63,597 nucleotides of DNA from the IMG/VR virus record IMGVR_UViG_3300031134_000653; one strand, given 5' to 3'. Below, piece by piece: positions 27,842-37,589 of this stretch. This DNA comes from an uncultured virus (IMG/VR IMGVR_UViG_3300031134_000653). Taxonomy: Duplodnaviria > Heunggongvirae > Uroviricota > Caudoviricetes. Positions within the stretch are counted from its first letter, which is position 1. Every line of letters begins with the position of its first letter. The notes under the pieces are model-generated. The model did not search any database. It saw only the letters and a program-made list of their open reading frames with translations, and had not been told where the DNA came from. A program made the position numbers and the translations under genes.

Positions 27842-28361
27842 ACAGAAGAAGCTTGTCCTTGTCGATTTTGATGGGGTCTTCAATGCTTTAGACACCATTC
27901 CTTCTTCCTACCCTTCAGTGGTTCAGCATACAGATTTGAAGCATGTCCGTTACCGTCAGACAGACACCGAAAGTGAGTTCGTTGACGAAGCTCTCATTTC
28001 ACAAACAGCTGTAGAAGGCTTTGTTTCCGCTACAGAAACAGCTGAAGTTGTCTGGCTGACCACTTGGCTGGACCGTACTGAATGGTTCCCAAAAGCGTTC
28101 GGATTCCCAGCTTTTCCTTACGGGGGTTCAGAAGAACATGCTAGCACTACAACAGCTGCTGACTGGTGGAAACTGGATTACCTTCAGAACAACCATTTGG
28201 ATAGGGAAATTCTGTGGATTGACGATGACTTAGCAACTGAACCTGAAGCTTTAGCTTGGGTTGAAGCTCAGCAAGGACGTGTAACTATTATGTCTCCTGA
28301 CACCCGCACCGGGCTTACTGTGCAAAATTTGAACACAATCGAAAGGTGGGTGAACCAGTAA
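27834..28361 (+). CDS. HAD-family phosphatase (Swiss-army-knife RNA-repair-like)
   Basis: LVDFDGVFN, VWLTTW, WWKL, LWIDDD. Confidence 0.8.
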   Translation: MTEQKKLVLVDFDGVFNALDTIPSSYPSVVQHTDLKHVRYRQTDTESEFVDEALISQTAVEGFVSATETAEVVWLTTWLDRTEWFPKAFGFPAFPYGGSEEHASTTTAADWWKLDYLQNNHLDREILWIDDDLATEPEALAWVEAQQGRVTIMSPDTRTGLTVQNLNTIERWVNQ

Positions 28362-28615
28362 TGGCTGAAGAAACTCCTCGTAAAGAATGCCGGTCAGTTG
28401 ATTCTGAAGGAACTCCTTGCGTCAAAAGTCGTGGACATAAAGCTGCTAAGCATTCGGATGGAAAAGGTGGCTACTGGCTTGCAGGGATTAACAAGCCTGC
28501 AGTCAAAGTACCTAAGAGTTCTCCTGACCAGTTTGCTAATGCCAAAAAATATGTTGATGACGGTTACATGACAGAAGGTGACTACCAAAGCTGGGGTCGC
28601 ATCGAGTATTTTTGA
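28361..28615 (+). CDS. small Cys/His protein
   Basis: CRS...CVKSRGH...H; TAATG coupling. Confidence 0.7.
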   Translation: MAEETPRKECRSVDSEGTPCVKSRGHKAAKHSDGKGGYWLAGINKPAVKVPKSSPDQFANAKKYVDDGYMTEGDYQSWGRIEYF

Positions 28616-28800
28616 CTCGAAAAACATCGAATAGAGTGCGTTGTGTTAGAATGGAAACCGATACAACCACCAGAAACGAAATATTAAAGACCAACCGAAA
28701 GAGTAAAATGTTCTAGCTTCCTACCGCATCCTGCAGGTCCCCGTAACGTTGACAGAAGAATTCAGAATCTCATCAACTACTACAAAGGACTTTTATAACC

Positions 28801-29628
28801 ATGCATGAATCAAAGCTTGACACTACTCGCACTTTTGACACTTTTGTTGTCCCACCTGCTCAGAACATATACGAAAAATATACGTTCAGAGCGGAGAAGA
28901 AAGAAAACCGACCTGGTACTTGGAATTCGACTGTCGTAACAGTGGAACTCCATCATGAAGATGGTTCTGTGGAAGACATCTTCGAATATGAGCGTAACTA
29001 CTCTATGTACAAAACGTTCGAACCGTTCCGTCAGTTCAAAGACGGTGCTTGGCATGAGTATGCTCTTATCTCCACCCGTTATACGCGTTTCGAAGTGTTG
29101 GATTTAGAGAAACGCGAAATCATTGCAGTAGAACCTTACCCAGTTGTGACAGAAGAGATGCACACTCGTTGGAGGTCACTTGGATATGAAGACTGGTGTG
29201 AAAAAGAACCAGTTGGTACAGAGAAGCCTGGGTCAGGGTTCTGCCCAGTAGAGTTCTATGTCCCTGATTGGGCAGAGAACAAAGACGAAAACTCCCCTTA
29301 TCTTCTAAACTACAAAGAAGACGGGTTCCTTTACGACGAAGAAGACCTTCTTGACAGGACCGGCCAGTTTGCGTTGTACATGGGTTGCATCTGGGGAGAT
29401 GACTCCGGTGGTTGGAAGATTCGTTACATCGACCTGAGCCGTATCAGCGAAGGTGTTGTCACTTCAGATGAGCGTTTCGGTTACATCTCTTTTGCTGGCA
29501 AGTCCTTGAAAGAGATTGACATTTGGGAAGAAGGTCGAATGGTCATCCCTGTTGAGATGGTTGTTGATGCCAGTACAGGTAAAGCTTTCAAGATTGAAGC
29601 AAATTGGTCTGACGAAGATGAAGACTAA
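28801..29628 (+). CDS. hypothetical protein
   Basis: 275-aa ORF; GFCPVEFYVP, GCIWGDD. Confidence 0.8.
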   Translation: MHESKLDTTRTFDTFVVPPAQNIYEKYTFRAEKKENRPGTWNSTVVTVELHHEDGSVEDIFEYERNYSMYKTFEPFRQFKDGAWHEYALISTRYTRFEVLDLEKREIIAVEPYPVVTEEMHTRWRSLGYEDWCEKEPVGTEKPGSGFCPVEFYVPDWAENKDENSPYLLNYKEDGFLYDEEDLLDRTGQFALYMGCIWGDDSGGWKIRYIDLSRISEGVVTSDERFGYISFAGKSLKEIDIWEEGRMVIPVEMVVDASTGKAFKIEANWSDEDED

Positions 29629-29813
29629 ACTGAACGCTTAGCACTAACCCTGCTGATGACACTGTGGACAAGGATGAAACCAGCGAGAGCAAACACCACT
29701 CCGAGGACGAAAATGCCTGTGCTGAAAGACAGAACAGCAAAAACAAAAAGGATAGCAGCAAGTGCCACGCCTGGAGCAAGGTTAGAATCTTCTGAAGTGT
29801 TTGAAGTGGTCAT
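29625..29813 (-). CDS. small membrane protein, leaderless
   Basis: 2 TM; TAAGAT-6-ATG. Confidence 0.6.
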   Translation of the reverse strand: MTTSNTSEDSNLAPGVALAAILFVFAVLSFSTGIFVLGVVFALAGFILVHSVISRVSAKRSV

Positions 29814-29855
29814 AGCATCATCTTAGCACATATTTAGTCTCAGTTTTTGTAGAAC

Positions 29856-29904
29856 AAAGAGGTAAGGCTCTGAATCTTAACTCGATTCAGAGCCTTACCT
29901 CTTT
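29856..29904. terminator. hairpin, 21-bp arms
   Basis: AAAGAGGTAAGGCTCTGAATC-7-GATTCAGAGCCTTACCTCTTT. Confidence 0.85.
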
Positions 29905-29907
29905 TTG

Positions 29908-30840
29908 TTAGCTCAGTCGGAAATCAAGCTCTTCCTTGTAAGCCTGACGACCCATGTCATCGTCCTTGAGGCTCCAGATGCGTTCCTCATCCATCTTCCT
30001 CAAACGAGCAGCATCCTCAGGAGACAGAGTGTTGAAGTACTGCACTGCCTGCTCACGGAACTCCATCAGCTGCTCATCCGTGAAATTGGAGCCAGCAGGA
30101 ATCTTGCGGAGGATGTTTCGGAGCTCACGGTCGATGGTGTACTCCTTGCCGTCTTCAGACTGAAGCCACTTCTCGTTATCGATACGAGCCTTCTCGCGTC
30201 GAGCAATCTCAGCCTTCTCAGCAGCTGCAGCTGCTGCCTCCCTCTTCAGACGGGATGAACGGTGGCTCTCCATGTACTCAACCAGACGAGTCTTGACCTC
30301 CTTCACGTCATAGTGAAGGGTCACTTCGACCTCAAGGGGGAACGTCAGACCTGCACCAAGGTTCACTCGGGGAGCCTGGTAAGGATAGCCGTTGTTAGCG
30401 TAAGGGTCTTCATCGCTGTCCTGTCGAACAGCACCCTTGAAGGGGTTGAACTCCTCGTAACGCTCATCCTGGAAGCCCTCAGGGTAGAACTGAGCAGAAG
30501 TCAGCCAACCAACATAGGTGATTGTGTGGTTGAAAGTCGATACCATCTGCAAACCCTTGAGTTCGAAGTTGGCAAGGGTAACAGAGTCAGTCTCCTCATC
30601 ACGAGCAAAAGCGTGTCCCAGCTCGACCTTGAACTGGGGAAGCGTTGCACTGCCACGGTTGTACATCTCGATTGCACCACCAGCAATATAGAACAGCGTT
30701 CGCTCACCTTCCTTGTAACGGTCAGCATGCTCGATGGTGATGTAGGAAGTTGCCCCGTTGTGTTCATCATCAATCAGGTACGGGAAAACAGGGTTCTCGA
30801 CCGTAATGTGCGAAGGTCGCTGCTTGGAGTCAGTAGTCAT
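29908..30840 (-). CDS. hypothetical protein, leaderless
   Basis: TTGACA-17-TAGACT-6-ATG; GC3-rich codons. Confidence 0.8.
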   Translation of the reverse strand: MTTDSKQRPSHITVENPVFPYLIDDEHNGATSYITIEHADRYKEGERTLFYIAGGAIEMYNRGSATLPQFKVELGHAFARDEETDSVTLANFELKGLQMVSTFNHTITYVGWLTSAQFYPEGFQDERYEEFNPFKGAVRQDSDEDPYANNGYPYQAPRVNLGAGLTFPLEVEVTLHYDVKEVKTRLVEYMESHRSSRLKREAAAAAAEKAEIARREKARIDNEKWLQSEDGKEYTIDRELRNILRKIPAGSNFTDEQLMEFREQAVQYFNTLSPEDAARLRKMDEERIWSLKDDDMGRQAYKEELDFRLS

Positions 30841-30893
30841 GATTCCAGTCTAACCAATGCTGAATTGTTTGTCAACTGATACTGGTGAAATGA

Positions 30894-31928
30894 CTACTTG
30901 GTCTCAGCGATGAGTCGTTCATCAACCATCTGGATAATAGGGAAATTCATATGGTCGCCTTTTTTGAACTTGCCCCATCGTTGGTAGCTTTCGTCGCTTT
31001 GTGAGTAACCTCTGCTGTATTGGCTGTTGAGGTCTTTTCTGTCTGAAGCAAACTCAAAACGCTGTGAACGGCGGTTACCTGTGATGCGGAACTTCGTGTT
31101 GCGAGGTAGGAGTATCTCTTTCTCCAGGGATTGGATGTCTCCTCCTCTTGATTTTTCCTCTGGCTGAAGGGAAGCTCCTTGCTTTGAGAGTATCTCCATG
31201 ACTACATACCCATGGTTTTTTGTTCCACCATTTCTGTCATGCATGTGAGCCATAATGAATTCAGGGTCAGCTGTAGTTGACATGAACCCTTTCTCCTTGA
31301 AAGCTTCCCCTGTTTTGAAGTACCGTTCGATGTATTCGTTAGGTGACACTCCGGCTGGCACTCTGAAGAAACGGTACAGTTTACGTGGACCTTCAGGTTC
31401 CTTCGCGGAAGCCAAAGCTTCGTCTAAATTCTTGATATCCCGGGGAACATTCTCCTCTAAGTCTTCTCGATAGAAAGGGTTCTCTCGAATCAGCTCTGGA
31501 AGTCCTTTCTTTCTCAGAACAGTGTTCACTAATTCGAATAAAGTCATTGTGTAACGTCTTACGCTGTTTGACTGGTCTCGGGTGAGGCTGTTAGCCCACT
31601 CTTCTTGCTCTTCGAAAAGCTTAGCTGTGTGGGCAAGGCGTTCTTCAGTGTCAAGACCAGTTATAGCTTCACGTGATTTCTTACTCAGTAAATCCAGCAG
31701 TTCTTGCGGTATCGGCTTCTGATTCGGCTTCTCCTGAAAAGGTAACGTCTCAGGAAGGTGCTCTCTCACCAAGTCCTTGTGGGCTTCTTTCCAACTCTGG
31801 ACGGCTTTCTCTGCAAGACGTTCTTTGTTGTACTCATTGCGATGCTTGTAACGTGCTTTTCTTCTGACATTAGCTATGGCGTCTGCGTATTCACAGCGTT
31901 GTCCGCCATCTGCTTTTGCTTTGCACAT
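30894..31928 (-). CDS. ADP-ribosyltransferase (VIP2/exoenzyme R-S-E type) with MCKAKADGGQRC N-terminus
   Basis: KLYRFF, KGFMSTT, EKEILLPRNTKFRI. Confidence 0.85.
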   Translation of the reverse strand: MCKAKADGGQRCEYADAIANVRRKARYKHRNEYNKERLAEKAVQSWKEAHKDLVREHLPETLPFQEKPNQKPIPQELLDLLSKKSREAITGLDTEERLAHTAKLFEEQEEWANSLTRDQSNSVRRYTMTLFELVNTVLRKKGLPELIRENPFYREDLEENVPRDIKNLDEALASAKEPEGPRKLYRFFRVPAGVSPNEYIERYFKTGEAFKEKGFMSTTADPEFIMAHMHDRNGGTKNHGYVVMEILSKQGASLQPEEKSRGGDIQSLEKEILLPRNTKFRITGNRRSQRFEFASDRKDLNSQYSRGYSQSDESYQRWGKFKKGDHMNFPIIQMVDERLIAETK

Positions 31929-32156
31929 AGGATTCCCTTTTCTCCGTCTTTTGACATACTCTTTATCGGTCAATTCCTTATGTTTGCAAGGAATTTAGAG
32001 GGGTCAATTATGAAACGAGGCTGATTATATAGGAACTTTATCTTGGCTCCAGTCACGCCCATACTTTACTATAAGTGCATATATGAGTGGTTTTAGATAC
32101 CCTGGTGCGATTAGATCAAGACTGGTAGATTGAAGTCCTATGAAGGAGAGAATCCA

Positions 32157-32549
32157 GTGCTCAGCTTAGGTATTATCCTTGCCCACCTTGTAGGTGACTA
32201 CATCCTGCAAACCGATTGGATGGCAGCAGAAAAAACCAAAAGGTGGAAAGCGGCCATTATCCATGGTCTCGTCTACACCATTCCTTATGTCTTCGTGACC
32301 CAATCACCTCTGGCTCTTCTCGTCATCGGTGGAACACACATGGTGATTGACCGGTATCGTCTGGCTCGTTACGTTATCTGGTTCAGCAACCAAATCGGAC
32401 CCAAGGAATATCGATACTCCTGGGAAGAGGCCAAAAAGAACGCCGGTTACGGTCCTAACAAGCCTGCCCATATCAGTGTCTGGTTGTTGTTTATCATCGA
32501 CAACACCATCCACCTGGGTATCAACGCAGCAGCTGTCTACTGGCTCTAA
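32157..32549 (+). CDS. DUF3307 membrane protein
   Basis: AHLVGDYILQTDWMAAEK, HG, THMVIDR, DNTIH. Confidence 0.85.
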   Translation: MLSLGIILAHLVGDYILQTDWMAAEKTKRWKAAIIHGLVYTIPYVFVTQSPLALLVIGGTHMVIDRYRLARYVIWFSNQIGPKEYRYSWEEAKKNAGYGPNKPAHISVWLLFIIDNTIHLGINAAAVYWL

Positions 32550-32758
32550 TAGTCGACAATTTTGCCTCTTTGGCGATTCTCTTTGTTTCCCTGGTATACT
32601 TTCTGTAGTGGCTACCGCAGTTGCCCGCCTCGAAACATTGTCTCCTACGCAGTAATGTTGATGAGAGTAAGGTTCCTTGAATCCTGCCAAATCTTGTCTA
32701 ACTCATTGAACCTACAATCAGCAGACAAGCGTAGGTTGTGTGCAGAAAATAGGAAATC

Positions 32759-33163
32759 ATGACCAAAGACAACGCTCAGAAGACAATCATTCGCAACCGA
32801 ATGAAACGCACAGGTGAGTCTTATGCTGTCGCCATGCGAAAACTGCAGCCACCAAAATTTGAAGTTATTGACTTGGGCGAAGACGGTGAATGTTGGTTCG
32901 TCGTCGGTACCATCGATGAGAAGGAAGCAATCACAGCTATCAAACAGTGGATTGACAACATCATCTGGCCCGACCCAGGAACCCCTGCAGGTTACGACCA
33001 TCCTGATGAAAATCATCTAGCTTACGTTGCAGGTGACGATTTCTACTTCGTTCCAGCCTACCCAGATAACCCAGACTCTGAATACGAACTGAAGAAGGTT
33101 TCGAAGAACCCTTCAGAGTATAAGGATGAAGAGCTGTTCTCAGGTATGCTCGTCCAGGTATAA
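32759..33163 (+). CDS. hypothetical protein with RNRMKRTGESY N-terminal motif
   Basis: N-terminal motif recalled from actinobacterial proteins; long structured leader upstream. Confidence 0.75.
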   Translation: MTKDNAQKTIIRNRMKRTGESYAVAMRKLQPPKFEVIDLGEDGECWFVVGTIDEKEAITAIKQWIDNIIWPDPGTPAGYDHPDENHLAYVAGDDFYFVPAYPDNPDSEYELKKVSKNPSEYKDEELFSGMLVQV

Positions 33164-33206
33164 CAGTAACGCCGGCACAATCAGTTCATGTGCCGGCGTT
33201 ACTGTT
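33162..33206. terminator. bidirectional hairpin, 18-bp arms
   Basis: AACAGTAACGCCGGCACA-9-TGTGCCGGCGTTACTGTT. Confidence 0.85.
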
Positions 33207-33478
33207 TAGTCGTCAAGAAGAATGTCTTGTTCCGTGTCCACAATTGCATGGACATCTTCGAAGCTGTTCTCTGACATGTATTTGTCGAACTCTTCCTGCT
33301 CTTCTGCAGTCCGCTCCAACTTACCCCACCTAATCAATGCTTCTTTAGCAATTGGGTTATCATCGGCAGCAACAGACTGTCTCAAAATTTCCGTTCTTGT
33401 CTCATGCTCAGTGGGGCGAGACAAAGCAAAAGCAAAGGCTTTGACGGCCGCTTCATCATCTTTAGTTAGTTTATCCAT
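33206..33478 (-). CDS. hypothetical protein
   Basis: AFAFALSRP...EILRQ resembles N-terminus of neighbour; AAGGAG RBS. Confidence 0.7.
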   Translation of the reverse strand: MDKLTKDDEAAVKAFAFALSRPTEHETRTEILRQSVAADDNPIAKEALIRWGKLERTAEEQEEFDKYMSENSFEDVHAIVDTEQDILLDD

Positions 33479-33503
33479 AGCTACTCCTTAGCCTGTTTTT
33501 TGT

Positions 33504-34028
33504 TTAGTCAAGTATCAAATCGTCTGCATTGCCTATGCGAATATTGCTCAGCCCTCTTCTTAAAGCTGCATCAAGAAGATCATCAACTGTAATTTCTGGA
33601 GCTGAGACAATCACCACTTCTTTCGCCTTACGAAGCTGCAGCTGGCGTATAAGCTCATCACAATAAAGAGCACTGGCATAGCTGACATTTCGACCTATCA
33701 GTATGACTTTCTTGTCTGACAAGTTGTTGGGCTGATGAGACATCAGCTCTTGAGCTGCATCTTGAGACCCAGCTAACAGAGGAAGAGTTATCCTTACCTC
33801 ATCAGGATTCTCTGAAAGTTTGAACTTATTGGTATCTGTGTCCCCTTGCTCTGAAGCAGCATTCTCGGACAGAACACGAAAAGCAAAAGCATCGCCATTC
33901 TCAGCTTGGATGCGAAGTAACTCCACAGTAACATCCCTGGAGTTAGGGAAAGCTAAGGCTGCAGCAAACTGGCTCAGCGTCTCCCTGTCATGATCGTTCA
34001 TCGTTTCCAGATGTTGGTTCAAATCCAT
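33504..34028 (-). CDS. hypothetical protein with possible STAS-like C-terminus
   Basis: KVILIGRNVSYASALYCDELI. Confidence 0.6.
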   Translation of the reverse strand: MDLNQHLETMNDHDRETLSQFAAALAFPNSRDVTVELLRIQAENGDAFAFRVLSENAASEQGDTDTNKFKLSENPDEVRITLPLLAGSQDAAQELMSHQPNNLSDKKVILIGRNVSYASALYCDELIRQLQLRKAKEVVIVSAPEITVDDLLDAALRRGLSNIRIGNADDLILD

Positions 34029-34117
34029 TGCGCACTCCATCAAAGTATAATAGTTACAGTCTACACCATTTGTTGAGTAGAGGCAGAGTGAAATCTATTT
34101 TTCAAAGATTACGATGG

Positions 34118-34615
34118 TCAATTGGGTTCAGGGACAAACTCATAGTCTACATTTATAGCATCTATAAAATCTTCTAAAATGTCTTCATTAGGTGGACCAT
34201 ATTGTTTATCTACTAGAGCAACATGACCAGAATTGAATACATCTTGCATCGTTGGCTGCATGACTTGTTCTCGGGTGTAGTAAAATTTAGCTTTCCCGTA
34301 AGGAAGGATAGCAGCAACTGGAAATGATATAACACTATTCTTGTTTTTACGAGGAAATGTGATGCAAGCCTTATAGACATCCCAAGGGTTTTTGTCATAT
34401 AAGTCGAAAACATTCTTTGAACCACAAGAGATGGAGTCGCCATTAACTTTGATAGAGGTATTATCTAACCTGTATTTTTCAAATCCTAAGTTTAATACAA
34501 ATTGTTCTGGATGCGGAGCAACTATTAGATATAAGTTATCATCTGGTTTTGCCGCTTCACTTACTGAAATGTTTACTTTTCGAGGCTTTTTATCGTCTCT
34601 TGTTTTCCGGGTCAA
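34118..34615 (-). CDS. hypothetical protein, AT-rich island
   Basis: ORF, start uncertain. Confidence 0.6.
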   Translation of the reverse strand: MTRKTRDDKKPRKVNISVSEAAKPDDNLYLIVAPHPEQFVLNLGFEKYRLDNTSIKVNGDSISCGSKNVFDLYDKNPWDVYKACITFPRKNKNSVISFPVAAILPYGKAKFYYTREQVMQPTMQDVFNSGHVALVDKQYGPPNEDILEDFIDAINVDYEFVPEPN

Positions 34616-35138
34616 GTAAGCTCTTCCAATCTTTATCCTTTAGAGACGTAATCATCCTTGAGTAGGCTATCGGAAGAATAATCTCTAAGAAAGCTGGATC
34701 GCTTGTTCTTTTTCTTCTACCGTTATTGATGGTAGGGTCGGTGTTCCAAATACGTACTGAGTAATATCCAGTTTTTGAGCGCTCAAAACGAATATGGTCG
34801 TGGTAAACAGACCACACAAAAACTAGACCGCCTTCATTATTTTGAAGTATATTTGGCCAAATGAAGTTTGGAACTTTCCAAAATTGAAGCTCATCTATAA
34901 TATCATCGCTGGTTGCCTCAATAGGCAAGTTCAATTCATTCAGAGAAATTTGCTTGACCTTGGATAGCCTGCGCTCTAAGTAGTCCCGATAATCTTCCCT
35001 CACCATCATTTCTTCAACTTGGTCAACACCTTGAAATAGGGCATGGCTAGTTATTTGTTCGGCTGGAACAAGAGCACCAGGAACAAGTGCAAATTGCTCC
35101 TTGGGTAAATTATTGAGGGTGTCTGTTGCGATAGTCAT
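34590..35138 (-). CDS. hypothetical protein, AT-rich island
   Basis: AGGAG RBS; CCGATA at 35158-35163. Confidence 0.7.
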   Translation of the reverse strand: MTIATDTLNNLPKEQFALVPGALVPAEQITSHALFQGVDQVEEMMVREDYRDYLERRLSKVKQISLNELNLPIEATSDDIIDELQFWKVPNFIWPNILQNNEGGLVFVWSVYHDHIRFERSKTGYYSVRIWNTDPTINNGRRKRTSDPAFLEIILPIAYSRMITSLKDKDWKSLLDPENKRR

Positions 35139-35190
35139 GAGTTCTCCTATACATTACTATCGGTAATAACTTCAAGCCTCAGATAGGTAT

Positions 35191-36384
35191 TTACTGTGAA
35201 TTTAGCCACGTTCCTATCAATTTTACTGTCTTGCTCAGGTCTTTGTCTTTACGAGAATATGGAATATTTAGTTGGTATAAATGCGGATGACTTAAAGGTA
35301 TCATTGCCAATTTATTCTCTCTTATTCTAATAACTCGAAAACCATTTTCTATCAACAGAAGAGTCTTTTGTACGTCTTTCTTCACTACGTCTTTATCACG
35401 ATGCCATAAAAATCCATCATATTCTATAGCAACATCATAATTTTTGTATTTACCTAATATATCAGGATATATTATTCTATCAGATAATACTAGTTTAGTT
35501 CTATGGGTGTTGGGCACTTCAGCCAGTAAAGTTGTAGCGAGTATGTCTCGATAAGCCTGTTCTATCTTTGAAGTTGAAGTAGAGCAACACTCGGGGCATT
35601 GCGTTCCTTGCTCTTTTGTTCGATTGAAAACAGAAGCTGTCCATCTATGACCTAAAGAGCAAACCCATTTTATTTTCTTTTCACTCCCTGAGGTAACTTC
35701 GTTAGGAGTAAGAGTGTTGTGCAAATAATCCCACTCTTTTAGTAAAATAGGATGAGTGGTAGCTAAGTTCGTTACTCCAACGTCTGGAGAATAACGGGAA
35801 CAGTATGGACAGCCAGACCCCCGCACTCTAGTACGTGGAGAAGACTGCCAGCTGTGAGTTTTGTTGATAGAACATTGCCACCATACCTTTTTGGCCGTTC
35901 CAGTAGTAACTTCTTCTGGAGTAATGTCATTCTTTTCTGGGTGCCATTGAATAGCAAGTTCTGGGTGTTTAAAACGGAAGTCATTGAACCCGACTAGGAT
36001 TTGTTTACCGCTACAAATCTTACATTCATACTTGTTCAATGTTCGATCAGCAATTCTATCCTCCCATAGATGGTCAGAATAAGATGAACATCTCCACCAA
36101 ACTTTTTTGTTTGAACCAGCTTGTACAGGCTTATTGGGAATACCATTGCGTTCGATAACCCATTGTTGCCAAACATCAGGATAAGTAAATTCTATACCTG
36201 AACAAGTAGGACATCCTCTGGCGGTGCGAGCAACATCTCTAATAGGCATAATCCACTTGTGTTGATTCAAACACACAAAGTAAGATTTTTTAGGAGAGTT
36301 GACTGAGAGAGCTAAAACTTCTGGTTCAGGAAAATAATCTAAATCATTTTCTTGATAATACTGGTATAACGTTTGACCAATCAT
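35191..36384 (-). CDS. zinc-ribbon repeat protein with C-terminal PD-(D/E)xK (Vsr/DUF559-like) nuclease
   Basis: KKVWWxC..H.W...CPxC repeats; PDI..IEYDGFLWH...D..KT...GFRVIRIRE. Confidence 0.8.
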   Translation of the reverse strand: MIGQTLYQYYQENDLDYFPEPEVLALSVNSPKKSYFVCLNQHKWIMPIRDVARTARGCPTCSGIEFTYPDVWQQWVIERNGIPNKPVQAGSNKKVWWRCSSYSDHLWEDRIADRTLNKYECKICSGKQILVGFNDFRFKHPELAIQWHPEKNDITPEEVTTGTAKKVWWQCSINKTHSWQSSPRTRVRGSGCPYCSRYSPDVGVTNLATTHPILLKEWDYLHNTLTPNEVTSGSEKKIKWVCSLGHRWTASVFNRTKEQGTQCPECCSTSTSKIEQAYRDILATTLLAEVPNTHRTKLVLSDRIIYPDILGKYKNYDVAIEYDGFLWHRDKDVVKKDVQKTLLLIENGFRVIRIRENKLAMIPLSHPHLYQLNIPYSRKDKDLSKTVKLIGTWLNSQ

Positions 36385-36460
36385 TATTACATGATATCAA
36401 ATAATAACGATTGAGCTTATGTAACTAATTCTTCGTAGAAATTAAATCTAGAATACAAGA

Positions 36461-37504
36461 CTACTTTTCCTGCTGGCGGAATTTAGCTGCATAAAACGAA
36501 TTTTGATTTAGCCCAGTTTGATTTGAATTGATGTCTGTATCAAACAACTCTTTACGCTTTTGTGCTATAACCAAGTTATCTTTCTGGTTCAAATTGTTTA
36601 CTATTTGTTCTCTGGCTTGCCCCTCAGCACTATCATTAGGAACAAATCTCACATAAAAATACCTGGTTTTTTTATCAACCTTAAAGGTCATACGGTGTTC
36701 TAGAGGAAACGAAGTAATCACTTTATCCAAATTGTCAAAATACTTATCTATAAAATTGTCTTTTTGGCTAAGCGGATAAACAAATTGAAAATTATGGTCA
36801 CTGGCCAAAAACGATTGAGCAAACCAAAAATCAGCAAGACTATAGGTGTTTTGACGTTCTCGAAGAATCTCTACAAAAACATCTTGAGAAGGTTTAGTCT
36901 CAAATTCTACGTGAGCAAGTACTGCAACGGTAGGGCTAATAGGAAATGCAGTTTGTCTGTTCATAACATGAAAGGGAGAAGAAAGACAAAGCGGTGTAGG
37001 TTCTCTTAAGACCAAAATAGAGGGGATGGGGACATTCACTATTAGTTCACCGCTACTTAGACCTCTTAGGATGTCAGCTAAGTTCTCTTTTGTTCCATCT
37101 GATTTATGAAGTAGGAGGTCATATACTTCACTAACTCCAGCTTCTAAAGTCTTTGGCTGTCGAAGAGATAAGGTCAGAATATAATTGCTTAGGTATCTAT
37201 ATTCTAAAGGAGATAATCTCACTCTGGTTGCATGAGGTTTAGCAGTTTCTGCAACTATCTTTTTTAATACATCCCCAACTTTTCCTTCGATTACAGCAAA
37301 TAAACCTTCAGTGTCGGTTCCGTACTCCTGATAAAGGTTGTTTACAGCTCCTACATTTTCGGCTTTAGAGGCAATATGTTTTAGTCCCATTCCATCTTTT
37401 TCTATGAAGGCAAATCCAATTTTTCTGAGACGAGGGGAAAAGGAAGTATCATCTGAAAATAATGCTATGTGAGAAGCAGGAACGTAATGCTGTTTTTTAC
37501 CCAT
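36461..37504 (-). CDS. DUF4238-like protein
   Basis: KKQHYVP start, NLY, IEG, LRQP, FPISP. Confidence 0.7.
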   Translation of the reverse strand: MGKKQHYVPASHIALFSDDTSFSPRLRKIGFAFIEKDGMGLKHIASKAENVGAVNNLYQEYGTDTEGLFAVIEGKVGDVLKKIVAETAKPHATRVRLSPLEYRYLSNYILTLSLRQPKTLEAGVSEVYDLLLHKSDGTKENLADILRGLSSGELIVNVPIPSILVLREPTPLCLSSPFHVMNRQTAFPISPTVAVLAHVEFETKPSQDVFVEILRERQNTYSLADFWFAQSFLASDHNFQFVYPLSQKDNFIDKYFDNLDKVITSFPLEHRMTFKVDKKTRYFYVRFVPNDSAEGQAREQIVNNLNQKDNLVIAQKRKELFDTDINSNQTGLNQNSFYAAKFRQQEK

Positions 37505-37589
37505 TGAAATTTCCTCGATTAGTATTAGGCTGTATACCTATATCGACCAGCAACAGCTCCTGCAAATCCACCGACTCATCAGGAGCGTG

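Noticed and set aside
28616..28800. 185-nt intergenic region as possible ncRNA
   Set aside because: Contains promoter-like motifs but no convincing stems could be found by eye.
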